A DNA stretch of 63,762 bases, filler included, from Bigelowiella natans CCMP2755 (taxonomy: Eukaryota; Protista; Cercozoa): NCBI GenBank assembly GCA_000320545.1. It is 10 parts of 10 records of this genome, joined end to end, with 100 filler letters (N's around TTAATTAATTAA, not from the genome) between each part and the next. Parts side by side here need not be neighbours in the genome. Positions count along the whole stretch, not along the records: positions 34,371 to 48,312 come from ADNK01001912.1; positions 48,413 to 51,970 come from ADNK01003105.1; positions 52,071 to 60,840 come from ADNK01000600.1; 7 more parts are not named here. The stretch is one strand, 5' to 3'. Shown here in pieces: positions 42,625-53,163 of this stretch. A program made the translations under genes and the position numbers. Below the pieces are notes generated by a model that worked only from the letters and a program-made list of their open reading frames with translations, had not been told where the DNA came from and made no database searches. Within the stretch, counting starts at the first letter, position 1, and every line of letters begins with the position of its first letter.

Positions 42625-44340
42625 TTGATTTACTATGCACTAACCTCGTCTCTCTTTTTATATGTGCCTATGGGCGATACACTATCTCAACTTCCTATTC
42701 TTCTCTCGGGGTTGAATATCCTGAAGAAAGCTGCAACGTTCGACTCGGGAAAGTACTTGGATAAAAAATTTAATTCCGACCGTAAACGGCTAGGAGTCCA
42801 GCGTCAAAAGCGCTTGCAAAATTTTCGCAAAGTTTTGGGTAAATCCGTGGAGGCCTTTGTAAAGGAAGGTAAGGCCACACGAATGTGTGAGGGAAAGTAT
42901 GCAGCAGGCTACACCACGCACTTTGCTCCCGAGACTAGTAGAGAGGGTTACGCCATCTCATATGATGCCAGGTTTGTGCTCATCGGTAAGTTTTTGCTGA
43001 TATTCGAGACGGAGAAGAAGATGCTATTTGACGTCGCTCAAATCCACACTGCCAGTATTATCAAATCTGCAAGCCAAAATTTTGAAGGCATGGGAACAAT
43101 TGAGTATGTTCACATAAGTGTTGATTTTCGAAATGGCTTCAAATGGCCTGGTAGCAGTTACGGCACTATACGATATTGCCATAGTCAATGTGAGGAGGTG
43201 ATGCCTGGATGGACTCTTAATGAAGATGTGAAAAGCATGGAAATGCACTTGTTCCTCAAAGACAACATGGAGATGAAGTCATTGGTGTCCGACCTTAAAA
43301 ATCTGAAACAAGATCTTTCGCAACTTGGGCGATTCACAGTCGCCAACGTGATCAAGGAATATTCGTACAAGTCAGGATTGGAACCAATCAAGGAAAAAAT
43401 TTCTCAGAAAATTGATGATGTCAGAAGCCGCGTAGCCTTTGGGATAAATGGTGGTTGCTCTCCGGGCTCGATAGAAAAAATGATTCAGCAATCGCGCGAA
43501 ATGGTCAAAGCCACAGTAAACAAAAACTACACGGACGAATGCAGAAGAAAGGTTGTAATGGACATTATGGCAAACAAACGCTGGGAATTGCACGGAATTG
43601 GAGCATATCCAACGATCATGACAAAGGTGGTCAAATTTCTCGATGAATACAATCGCAATATCGGGTCTTCTATGCTGGAATTCCACATGCGATGGGACCT
43701 TCGGAAGGCACTGTTACAAGACCCGTTTGTGGTAGTTCTTGAACAGCTCCAGCGAGCACAACTTGGCATCGCACTCCTGTACAAAAATAACGTAAATTCT
43801 CGCAATCGAAAGACCATCGAGCTTAAGTCTTGGCATTCTCGATGTACTCCTATACCAAATCGTGACCGTGCTGCAGCACTGCTGAGGGAGATCAACTCAT
43901 GCTGGAAGGCGGAAATCGCAGCGCATGAAAAGGAATGCGCTTCCCGACTAGATCAACAAGCTAGCAGGGCCAGCAGAAGCACTCCTGCCGCATCAAGGCG
44001 CACATATGGGGGGAGTCGATCGAATCCAACTCGGGTTGTTTCAAGGAACTCCGGCAGTCAGAATAGTGGCAGCAGCCAGGCAAAACCAACATGTCGGGCG
44101 TGGTACTGCAGAGCTCATGGCCCAAAAGGAAACACAAAGAAATGTGCAGGTTGCGGTAGTTCGTATGCATCAAATTCCCACCCCGCTATGATGTGCAAAT
44201 CATGCGCGCGAACATCTTCTAGAAACTCTGGCAAATGTTGCTTTTGCAACTCTTCTGCTGGAATGGGAAATGGAGGGTCAGAAGCTTATCTCTGTAACGG
44301 CTGCGCCCGAAAAGGAGGGTGTTTCAAGTGTGGAAAGTGA
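42625..44340 (+). CDS. Uncharacterised protein with C-terminal PHF5/Rds3-like Cys-rich zinc domain
   Basis: 571-codon ORF (first ATG 42670) ending CAGC..CKSC..GKCCFC..SEAYLCNGC..GGCFKC. A possible upstream exon at 42339-42570 carries LLCCPCIIC. Confidence 0.75.
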   Translation: MIYYALTSSLFLYVPMGDTLSQLPILLSGLNILKKAATFDSGKYLDKKFNSDRKRLGVQRQKRLQNFRKVLGKSVEAFVKEGKATRMCEGKYAAGYTTHFAPETSREGYAISYDARFVLIGKFLLIFETEKKMLFDVAQIHTASIIKSASQNFEGMGTIEYVHISVDFRNGFKWPGSSYGTIRYCHSQCEEVMPGWTLNEDVKSMEMHLFLKDNMEMKSLVSDLKNLKQDLSQLGRFTVANVIKEYSYKSGLEPIKEKISQKIDDVRSRVAFGINGGCSPGSIEKMIQQSREMVKATVNKNYTDECRRKVVMDIMANKRWELHGIGAYPTIMTKVVKFLDEYNRNIGSSMLEFHMRWDLRKALLQDPFVVVLEQLQRAQLGIALLYKNNVNSRNRKTIELKSWHSRCTPIPNRDRAAALLREINSCWKAEIAAHEKECASRLDQQASRASRSTPAASRRTYGGSRSNPTRVVSRNSGSQNSGSSQAKPTCRAWYCRAHGPKGNTKKCAGCGSSYASNSHPAMMCKSCARTSSRNSGKCCFCNSSAGMGNGGSEAYLCNGCARKGGCFKCGK

Positions 44341-44380
44341 GACGACATGTAGGGAGAATGTGCCTAATCTAGTGATGGTA

Positions 44381-44676
44381 GCTGGATGACATGCAAACAC
44401 ACAGTGGAGAGAGAGGGGGAAAATCACATTGTCGAGATGGTTCGAATTGTTTTGAAGGTTTCAGATTGTCAAATTGTGCACATGGAATTGTGACCTTTTT
44501 GCATTCATGCATGCTGCTAGCATGTGCGACATGATTTTCATGCGCCAATGCATCAAGTCAAGTTGTCACATGCATGCACATGCTGTGGCGTGAGACTAAC
44601 CAGCCAACGATGGAGCGGAAATTGTTTCAAATCTTTTCAACACATCCGTCCATGATGTGCAGGATCACTGCAAAGG

Positions 44677-44718
<42 letters not shown>

Positions 44719-45563
44719 ATCGCATCACATTGTTCTCGCGCACGCTGTTGCATGAACATGGCCCTGAAGGCTCCATTTGCATTGCATGACAGTCCAGCAG
44801 TGCGATGCACATCATGATGTGATGATGATCACCCGAAAACATCATGAAATTTGACACTTCCCCAAAACCACGCTGTGTTGCCAGACTCAGATGAGTGTGA
44901 TTTGCATGAGCTAGTGAGCCAGTGAGTGTGAGCATGAGCGACAAGCACATGCTGCATGGCTGTGCGTGTGGTGAGATTCTTTCAAATGCATGAAACACCT
45001 GGGCAGAAGATGGACAAATGGACACTTGAGTTGACACACTGAGCGACACAGACACCCCAATGCCACACTTTTGAGAAACGTGTTTTGGCGTCCCAATCGT
45101 TTCTCCCACCGACTCGACGTTCCCCAATGCTTCGTGCCTTGAACACTTCAGTGTGCATTGAACGAAAACTTGTTGACCATTCTCATGTTCGAACCTCTGA
45201 GATGGTTGCACTCCTTGCAAGTTCAATGCACTTGTCAAAGAAACCACACGTTCCCGAAGACAGAGTTCACTCACCACATGCCAGCATGCACGTGACACAC
45301 ACATGACCTTGCAGTCGACCCCATTCGACATCAATGCAATCTCAATTCTCATGACTTGCAAGAAAATGAACAATGAACAATGAACAAAGCGTTGATCAAA
45401 AACCACATGCGCCAGAACCACATGGGAGACAGGCATCTGCACGCAGCAGAGCCTCAACAACACTCGTTGCAAGGACTTGTCAGCACCCTGTTGGTGAAGA
45501 GACACAAAAAATCAGCTGCAACCCATCAGAGGCAAGAAATGAGAACACAATGCACTGGGAGAT
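44381..45563. repeat. TA-purged dispersed repeat, probably a decayed mobile element
   Basis: Three TA dinucleotides in ~1.18 kb and none in 44914-45563. Shares sequence, inverted, with 50470-50860. Confidence 0.7.
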
Positions 45564-46089
45564 ACACCAAGACCAACAAATACCCACACTGGACATCTTG
45601 TTGATCGCTGCAGATCACTGTGGGTGAACTGTGAAGTATGATTAACAATAATACCGCAAAACATTTTAAAAAAAATTGGCTAAATCCATACACGATTAGA
45701 GACCTATTATATGTCAAAGCAGAAGTATGTGTTATCCATAGACTATATTATTACCGACAAAATTAGTAAGAATTTTTTCCAGAACCCACCAAGAAAAAGC
45801 GCTTGATGAAATCAGCCAAGTCGCATCCTATTTTCTTACTCGCGCGCTATCTTAAAGCTTGTTTCTTAAGAACGACACGACCAAAACGATGTCGCAGAAC
45901 AAAATATTTCGATATTTTTTATAAAATTATGAGAATTTAGTAGAATTCAGCTCTTGTTTCGCTTACTGGCTCAATTCCCTCGGCTAAAAAACCATGGAGA
46001 AAGATAGATAATTCCGCTTGCCCCCCCCTGCCCTCATCCTGGCATTGGGAGCGTCCCGTTTATCCCAAACCCAAATATCATTGCGCTAA

Positions 46090-47162
46090 AAGAAACTGGG
46101 GATGGAAAGGAAAGCTCGACGCCGTGGGCCAAATTCCGAGACGAGCACAGCAAGTGCACCAGGGGGGGGAAGCAACGGTACACGAGAAAACCAAACAATG
46201 CACACGTTGATGAGAGCATGGTGATCTACGTCTAGCCATTCTGTCTTCGTTGGTTGTAGAATAAGCTGTTCTACTTTTCTCAGAGCTCCAAGGAAACCGC
46301 TTGGATGAGATAAATGAAACCGTGCAGCTCCAAATCGTCGATCGCACAGGATTCCGCTTCATCTTCAAGGTTCTCTCTTGCTCGCAAGCGGCCATACTTT
46401 CCGTTGCTGATCCCCTTCCATAGAATTCTCACTCCATTTACTCGGACGCTACACACACATCTCATGAAGCACAGGGCGAATTCTTAACCGCGCCCGCATC
46501 ACCCCCTCCCCCTTCTTTCCTTCGTTTTCTACTTTGCCCACCACCTCAGGAGATTCTGGCAGAGATATTCGCCTACGATGTACGCGGCATATGCTATGAC
46601 ATACCTATACTATGCTATCAATATTGGTCAAGATCTCCTCCTAGTTTCGTCCTTGTAGGGGACTTACTACCTTGCGAGAGAAGTACGTTGTTGTTAGTCA
46701 CCTGGCTCCCATCTCTCCCTCACACTTCCAGGTCCTTCCTGTCAATCCCTACCCAGCGATTATCCCAGAGATTGAAGCTATTGGAGTTCGGGTACCAAGT
46801 AACGAGAGAAAGAGATAACGTTAAGAAGGAGTCGTGGCGAAGAATATCGCATCGTCCACATCCAACGAGAGTTTATTACGCGGTTAGAGCAGCATCTGCA
46901 TTTGCTAGCTTCCTCGATAATGTAATGCCGTTGGGTTAACGTATAGGCACACGGTTTTTAGCCCGCTGATGCCAGATCCGACCGCAGGTATATGCTGAGT
47001 TAAGTACCCACACTGGAATTGGAAGGGGTGGAGCACACAACAACGCAATGATCGATACGATGATTAGGAATGTTTTTTTCGATTCATTGAAATCCAAAAC
47101 GAAGAGAAAACTAGAAAGGGCCGACATTTATCTTCTTGCGACAACCTTGCGAAACGTTACGC

Positions 47163-47224
<62 letters not shown>

Positions 47225-47900
47225 CATATATTATATAAATACATCGCGCCCGCCGCGAGCGTGTCCTTCTTGCATGATATAGCAAGCGATCGATCTTTAA
47301 AATGCCAATTTTGACACCTCTCGAAGGGGCAAAGAACAGAACGAAAATTGGAGAGCGTGATAAGGTAATATATATATATATATTTCTAATCTGGACTATA
47401 TATCGTAGACAGCCTCGCTGCTGATCCTTTACTATCCCCAGCCCCCCCCCCCCCCTCGCCCCCCCCCCCAAGCTTCCTCCCCGTTGGTACAAAAGTAAAT
47501 ACGAGCTGTCCTAACAACATTAGTTAGAAGGTTGATATGCAATCGTCGTCAAGCCTTTGATTTCTTGAGCTTTGGTGACGTTTTTAGGTTATGCACTGCA
47601 ATGGCACTCTGAAAGTATGCTCCGCAAAGATGACTTCTGTCTGGGGACTGGAGATGATCGTAATACAATACCCCTCCCCCCCTCTCCTCACCCTGCGTCG
47701 TCTATCTATCGCCCACCTGCTCTCCTGTAATGCCTATCAGTGATAACAACATGCATACTACGAATACGTGGATTATGTTTGCGCGCGTTTGGATAAACCT
47801 CTATTGGTGATCTGTCGGTTTTTGCGTTGTAAGACCACGTAAGGCACGGTGTTCGGGTGAAGTACCGCTCATACTGCTTCCTCCATTCAATGTTCCTAAA
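46090..47900 (+). CDS. Unidentified multi-exon gene
   Basis: Short GT-AG exons such as ELQGNRLDEINETVQLQIVDRTGFRFIFK, EILAEIFAYD, GTYYLARE and VLPVNPYPAIIPEIEAIGVR. Confidence 0.4.
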
Positions 47901-49446
47901 GCGTCGATTTTGTGACTGAAAAACGTTGTGTATCAGGTGGGACTTACTGACCAACGATTCTTGGCTGCTTTGTCGCGCATTCTATCCCCGCTTTTCGAGT
48001 TTCAAAAGGTAACGAGCGGGAGTTGTTAGCGGGGGGGAGGGGGGGGGGGGGGGGATAGGACAAAGGGTTCCTTGTGATTTTCAATATATCAACGTTTAGG
48101 AAGAGTACTAAGAACCACGATCTTGAGCGTTTAATCTGATTAGGTTGTCGTGTCGCATGAAATCAAAATCCATGAGGTTACTTCGATGGTGGGACCTTCA
48201 GTATTTGCTGGTAGTATTAAGAGGGGCAATATATAGTTACCTCGTTGACTGCACACATACACAAAACACAAAACACACACACACACACATACACAAACAC
48301 ACACGCATATATNNNNNNNNNNNNNNNNNNNNNNNNNNNNNNNNNNNNNNNNNNNNTTAATTAATTAANNNNNNNNNNNNNNNNNNNNNNNNNNNNNNNN
48401 NNNNNNNNNNNNGAGTCTAGGAGTGATGTACTAGCCTAGCTAACAAGTGCCTGCTGAGAAAGTCTGGTGCGCGCCCAAAACAATGAATGCCATCCGACCC
48501 TACTATGTGACGTTTTTGATGCTCATCGATCGATCGGTGCGCGGCTGCGCTCGCCATCCATGCCAGCTATGCAGTACTACAGTGCTTGCATGTGATAGCA
48601 TGTTTCTAGGTTTCACTGTCACGCACTCTAGTGTCCACACAGATGGTGCAGTTTGAAGCAGTGCTTAGAGTTGTGTGGATGCAGTGCAAATCTGCAGCTA
48701 GCTAGTGCTAGTAGTGGCTCTGGAATCGCTTAGCAGAAAAGGCATACTGGTATACGTTAAACAACACGTCCGTCTGTACATACAGCTACACAAGGATGAC
48801 CATTGAACAAATTCAATTGCTTAATTACGTCCGTCTTGCACATACTATGCATAGCTAGCACTATGCGTAGAGCATGAGTTACGCGAGACGACGTAATAGA
48901 CACAGTAATACAACATGTAGTAGTTATTATATTACGTATGTCTAGTATGTATTACGTATGTCCATCATCGACAAATGGCGTGAGCAGCTAATGTAACCGT
49001 ATCGGTTTCGATACGCTACGAGCACGCGCTTGCGCGGCTGCATGCGCAGGCACTAGCTATTTGCAATGCAAAGTATATACGTGGGATATTCCTAACACGG
49101 TTATTTTTCAATTTACGCGAAATAATATAAGTGGAATACACAAAAATACTCGTAGATGATTGATCATTTGATCGAAGAGATTACATTACCATGCTAGCAT
49201 GCGTGCGAGGTGATCTAGTGTGATCTGTTAGATTATTTGTCCACCACACTTACAAATTCCTACTTGCGATTAACTCATTCGCAATTCAGTTTGTGTTTCA
49301 TACTTGGTGAAGTGTATGTAGATGTAGACACTTTCTTGCTTTTACTCATTGGGTTAAACTTTGACTCATCGTGATCAGGATTATGCAGAATCCACACAGA
49401 TACAAGAAAGTATCTGAGTGGGTGAAATTCCTATAGCTTCTCAACT

Positions 49447-50094
49447 TCAGAGATCCCAGAGTGAATCACTCGCATCATCTTCAGACTTTGCAGCTGCACT
49501 AGGGGGCATTGCATCTTCTGGAAGACGTGTGTTCAGTACTCGAAGGAACTGGCCCTCGCTGTCAATGCCAGGGTTGTTGCTCCAGTTCTGAATCATTCCA
49601 GGAGTGGAAGGGGGTCCAGCGAAAGAGTAAAGCACGTAGTATGCTTCGAAGTTCTTATTCATTGGATAGGAAAGCGGATGTTTTCCTCGATCTAGCTTCA
49701 TAACATTCTTCGCTTTTGCCTGGCCAAGAACCTTCTCGAAATAGCCGAGCTGGATATCCTTTTCCATTTCATTCAGCTTTGGCTGGAGAACAAGCATGGT
49801 CTCATACCACCGGTAGCCAGTGGGGATGTCGTTCTTCTTGGCGGCTCGGGCTTCTGTATCGACTTTGTCTTGTGTCATGACAGGTTCTAAGGTGACGCGA
49901 GGGGCACTGGAGCAACCGCGAGAGCTGAAGAAGCTTCTCCTCTGCGGAATCCCACTGACCCTTGAAGTGACACCTGCAACCCTTGATCTAACCGCAAGCG
50001 ACACATCTGTTTTGCTAAAGGTGACAAAGACTAATGCAGCTGCAGCAGCTGCAAGGAGAAGGATGAGGTGGGGGGGGGTGCTTCGCGTTCGCAT
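49447..50094 (-). CDS. rps6: Plastid-targeted 30S ribosomal protein S6 (bS6) with bipartite leader, intronless
   Basis: YETMLVLQPKL...GKHPLSYPM...EAYYVLYSF...QFLRVL matches bS6. Signal peptide LILLLAAAAAALVFVTF is followed by an R/S-rich transit peptide. Confidence 0.9.
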   Translation of the reverse strand: MRTRSTPPHLILLLAAAAAALVFVTFSKTDVSLAVRSRVAGVTSRVSGIPQRRSFFSSRGCSSAPRVTLEPVMTQDKVDTEARAAKKNDIPTGYRWYETMLVLQPKLNEMEKDIQLGYFEKVLGQAKAKNVMKLDRGKHPLSYPMNKNFEAYYVLYSFAGPPSTPGMIQNWSNNPGIDSEGQFLRVLNTRLPEDAMPPSAAAKSEDDASDSLWDL

Positions 50095-50422
50095 GACTCC
50101 TTTTTTTGCTCCGCTCAGCGAATTATAGCTAACGCTTGCGAAATTGAAATTGCCACATCACATTTCTGTCGATACTACTGAAATTCTCCGTTGTTGGAAC
50201 GGAAAAAATTCTAAAAATTCTGTGGTGCTGGAGACGCACCCAAAAAGCCGTGTCGTAGGGGTAAGATGTAAGGACATTTGGGAGGAGAAGCAGATTTTGC
50301 TTTTAAAAATCACCGCGGTGACATAAAAAGGCATGATACTCAGAATCTACGACATGATAAAGTCTTGTCGCCAAATAAAAACAAATGGTTTGATCGAGTT
50401 TCCTCGAGGTCCTGAGCTTTTA

Positions 50423-50930
50423 CATGTTCAAATCCAATCCCGGGATTGGGCTTGAGATGAGCGAGTGCATGCTTGCTTGTGCCATGTGGTTCTGGCAAAA
50501 TTCTGCTGGGGGCCCCCTCAGATGATCCAATCGTAGATCGTCATGTGGACATGGCCTTCAGGAAGTTTTTGCTCAGAGTGGAGGTCTTGCGCCGTCAGAA
50601 TTTTGCTGCCAATGTCATTGCTTCTCAATGACCAAGTCATGCCATTTTGGCAAACCACCTGGTTGATTTGCTGGTCACAGTCCTCACTGAAACCAGTTCG
50701 AGGCACTGCATTTTGCACGCTGCAAGTGTCTTGCCACACTTTGGAAATGTAGTTTTTCATCATTGTTTCATTGTTTTGTTGTTTCTGGCGCATGTGGATT
50801 TGATCTGTTGCAGATCAACGCTTTTTTCATTGTTCATTGTTCATTGTTCCTTGTTCCGAACACAAATTCTCATGGGGATGTTCTTGAATGCCCATTCGTT
50901 TGAGATCCGAGTGGCAGTGTGTGTGATGTG
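50423..50930. repeat. Second TA-purged repeat copy, inverted relative to 45.3-45.4 kb
   Basis: Only two TA (both GTAG). The reverse complement reads AACAATGAACAATGAA..AAAGCGTTGATC..CCACATGCGCCAGAA, as at 45368-45418. Confidence 0.7.
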
Positions 50931-51004
50931 TAAGTAATAATAATAATAATTATTATAACCGCTAATAGCGGTGTAGTGTGCAAGGCACACCTCGCAAAGC
51001 GATG

Positions 51005-51438
51005 CGACTGCATTATGCTTTCGTATCATTATGCTGTATCATATTACATCATTATACTTATGTTTCCCAGGGGGCATTTTTTGAGGGCGGGGGCAGTATA
51101 TATAAAGTATGTAAGTATTTTAATATATATATATATATATTATAAAAAGTTTGGTTTTTGTAATGCCCCACATCCCCCCCTTAATTATGTGCCGTGCCGT
51201 ACTATGTGCTATGTGCTGTGCGGTGCGAAGCGATATGCGACTATGTTATGCGACAGCATTATGCGACTGTATCATTATGCTGTATCATATTACATTATTA
51301 TACTTATGTTTTATCTGGGTATGTTTTCAGGGGGCGGGGGTTATATATATAAAGTATGTAAGTATTTAATATAAATATATATATATATATATTAAAAAGT
51401 TTGGTTTTTGAAAAGCCCCAGAAGCCCTCATTAATTAT
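51005..51438 (+). repeat. Imperfect ~185-bp direct repeat pair
   Basis: GTATCATTATGCTGTATCATATTACA...TATAAAGTATGTAAGTATTT...AAAAAGTTTGGTTTTTG...GCCCCA...TTAATTAT occurs at ~51005-51188 and ~51250-51438. Confidence 0.8.
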
Positions 51439-51534
51439 AAAATGAAGGAGGTAAAAGAAAGCACTAATTTGTGTGGGGTTGAAATTAAAAATGAAGAGGA
51501 AAACGATATAAAGAATTGAATATTATAACATTAA

Positions 51535-51970
51535 ATGGAAGAGTTAAAAAATGAATTATTAAAAATAAGAAAAAACATAAAAATAATACAACTTGATGTC
51601 GCTAAAATGAGAAATAGTTTGAAAGAGGAGTATATCAGTATGGAAAAAGGTTGTGCTTTGGAGGGAAAAATTAAAAATGATAGAAGAAAGTTATATAAAT
51701 TGTTAAAAGAAGAAATGAGAATAGCGACCAAAATATATAGAATGAAGAACAGAGAAAAAATGAAACAATACAGCAAAAACTACAGAGAAGCAAATAAAGA
51801 AAAAATAAATCAACAAAAGAAAGAATACAGAGAAGCGAACAAAGAAAAGATAAAACAATACAACAAAAAATATAGAGAAGCAAACAAAGAAAAAATGTTA
51901 GAAGAAATGAAACAAAAGGTAGATTGTGAGTTCTGTAATTGTGCTGTAAGCAAAAAGCATTACGAAGACA
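51535..51970 (+). CDS. AT-rich K/E-rich ORF with YREANKEK repeats and CxxC motif (virus-like; truncated at gap)
   Basis: Three YREANKEK repeats, then KVDCEFCNCAVSKKH. Intronless, with strongly AT-biased codons unlike host genes. Confidence 0.65.
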
Positions 51971-52319
51971 NNNNNNNNNNNNNNNNNNNNNNNNNNNNNN
52001 NNNNNNNNNNNNNNTTAATTAATTAANNNNNNNNNNNNNNNNNNNNNNNNNNNNNNNNNNNNNNNNNNNNAGAGAGAGAAAAAGGGAGAGAGTGAGCGAG
52101 AGAGAGAGAGAGAGAGAGAGAGAAATGAGAAACCGCAGCCCTCTACCCCGACATTGCCGCCGCAACCGATTACGAGACGATATCGGCGACGACAACGATA
52201 TCTCAGAAGAAGCTGCTCCCCCCATCTTCTACATCATCCCATAATAAACCTTTCATTCATGGCTTTCTATAACTGCTCTGCTGCTACTACAAACTACTAC
52301 TACTACTATTCCTCCTATC

Positions 52320-53126
52320 TCCCACTACTGACCAGAGCTGTATGTGAGCTCGCTGCTTCTTCGTGTTGGCAGAGACCGACGCTAGGAAGACGCGGTGGAA
52401 GTTGTGCATGGTGAGGTGCGAGACGCTCCCCGTGATCCCAGAGATCTGCATCGTTCCGTGCACCTCGCCGCTCATCACCTTGTTGCTGCTGCTGCTGCCA
52501 TAGCCAAAATGGCCGCCGCCCGCACCACCGAGCCCCCCCCCCCCGACTCCTCCCCCTCCTTTCAGGTGCATTCGGATGCGGTCGTGGGCATTGCCGACGA
52601 GTTCGCGTAAGAAAACGGAGTTTCCGTGCTGTCGCAGAGCAGCCATAGCTGATGACGACGAGGAAGAGGAGGGGGGTGGGGAGGGGGGAAGGGCACTGCC
52701 GCTGCCGCCAGTTAAGGAGGGAGACGACGTGCTGGCGGAGGAGATGCTCGACTTCACAGCCGGCGACTTCAGTTCTAGGTGATGATGCTTGTGGTGGGGG
52801 GGGGAGTGGAAGTCGTGGTGATGATGAAGAGGATTAGGCCCTGACGATGGTGTCGAGAATGGCGACGATAGTGAAGAATGTGGGAGCAACGTCTTCACGG
52901 GAGTATCAGTAGTGGTAGTGGTAGTGGTAGTAGAAGAAGAGGCAGCAGCGCTGGGGGAGGGACGTGTGGTATCCTCAATGATATCCTTGTCATTCGCAAT
53001 GGAGGCCGAGGAGGTGGAGGTCAGCGCGGAGCTCGACTGGCGTCGTTGATCCTTTTCTTTGCCTTCCTCACCGTCATCGTTGTCGTTGTCGTTGTCATCT
53101 TCCTCGTTGTCATCGTTGTTGTCGTT

Positions 53127-53163
<37 letters not shown>

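Noticed and set aside
44627-45505. 292-aa minus-strand ORF
   Set aside because: Open only because TAA/TAG stops are nearly absent in the TA-free tract. No Tyr and no recognisable domain.
13872-50930. CpG methylation decay or fungal RIP as the cause of the TG/CA-rich tracts
   Set aside because: CG is retained and TA is lost, opposite to both expectations.
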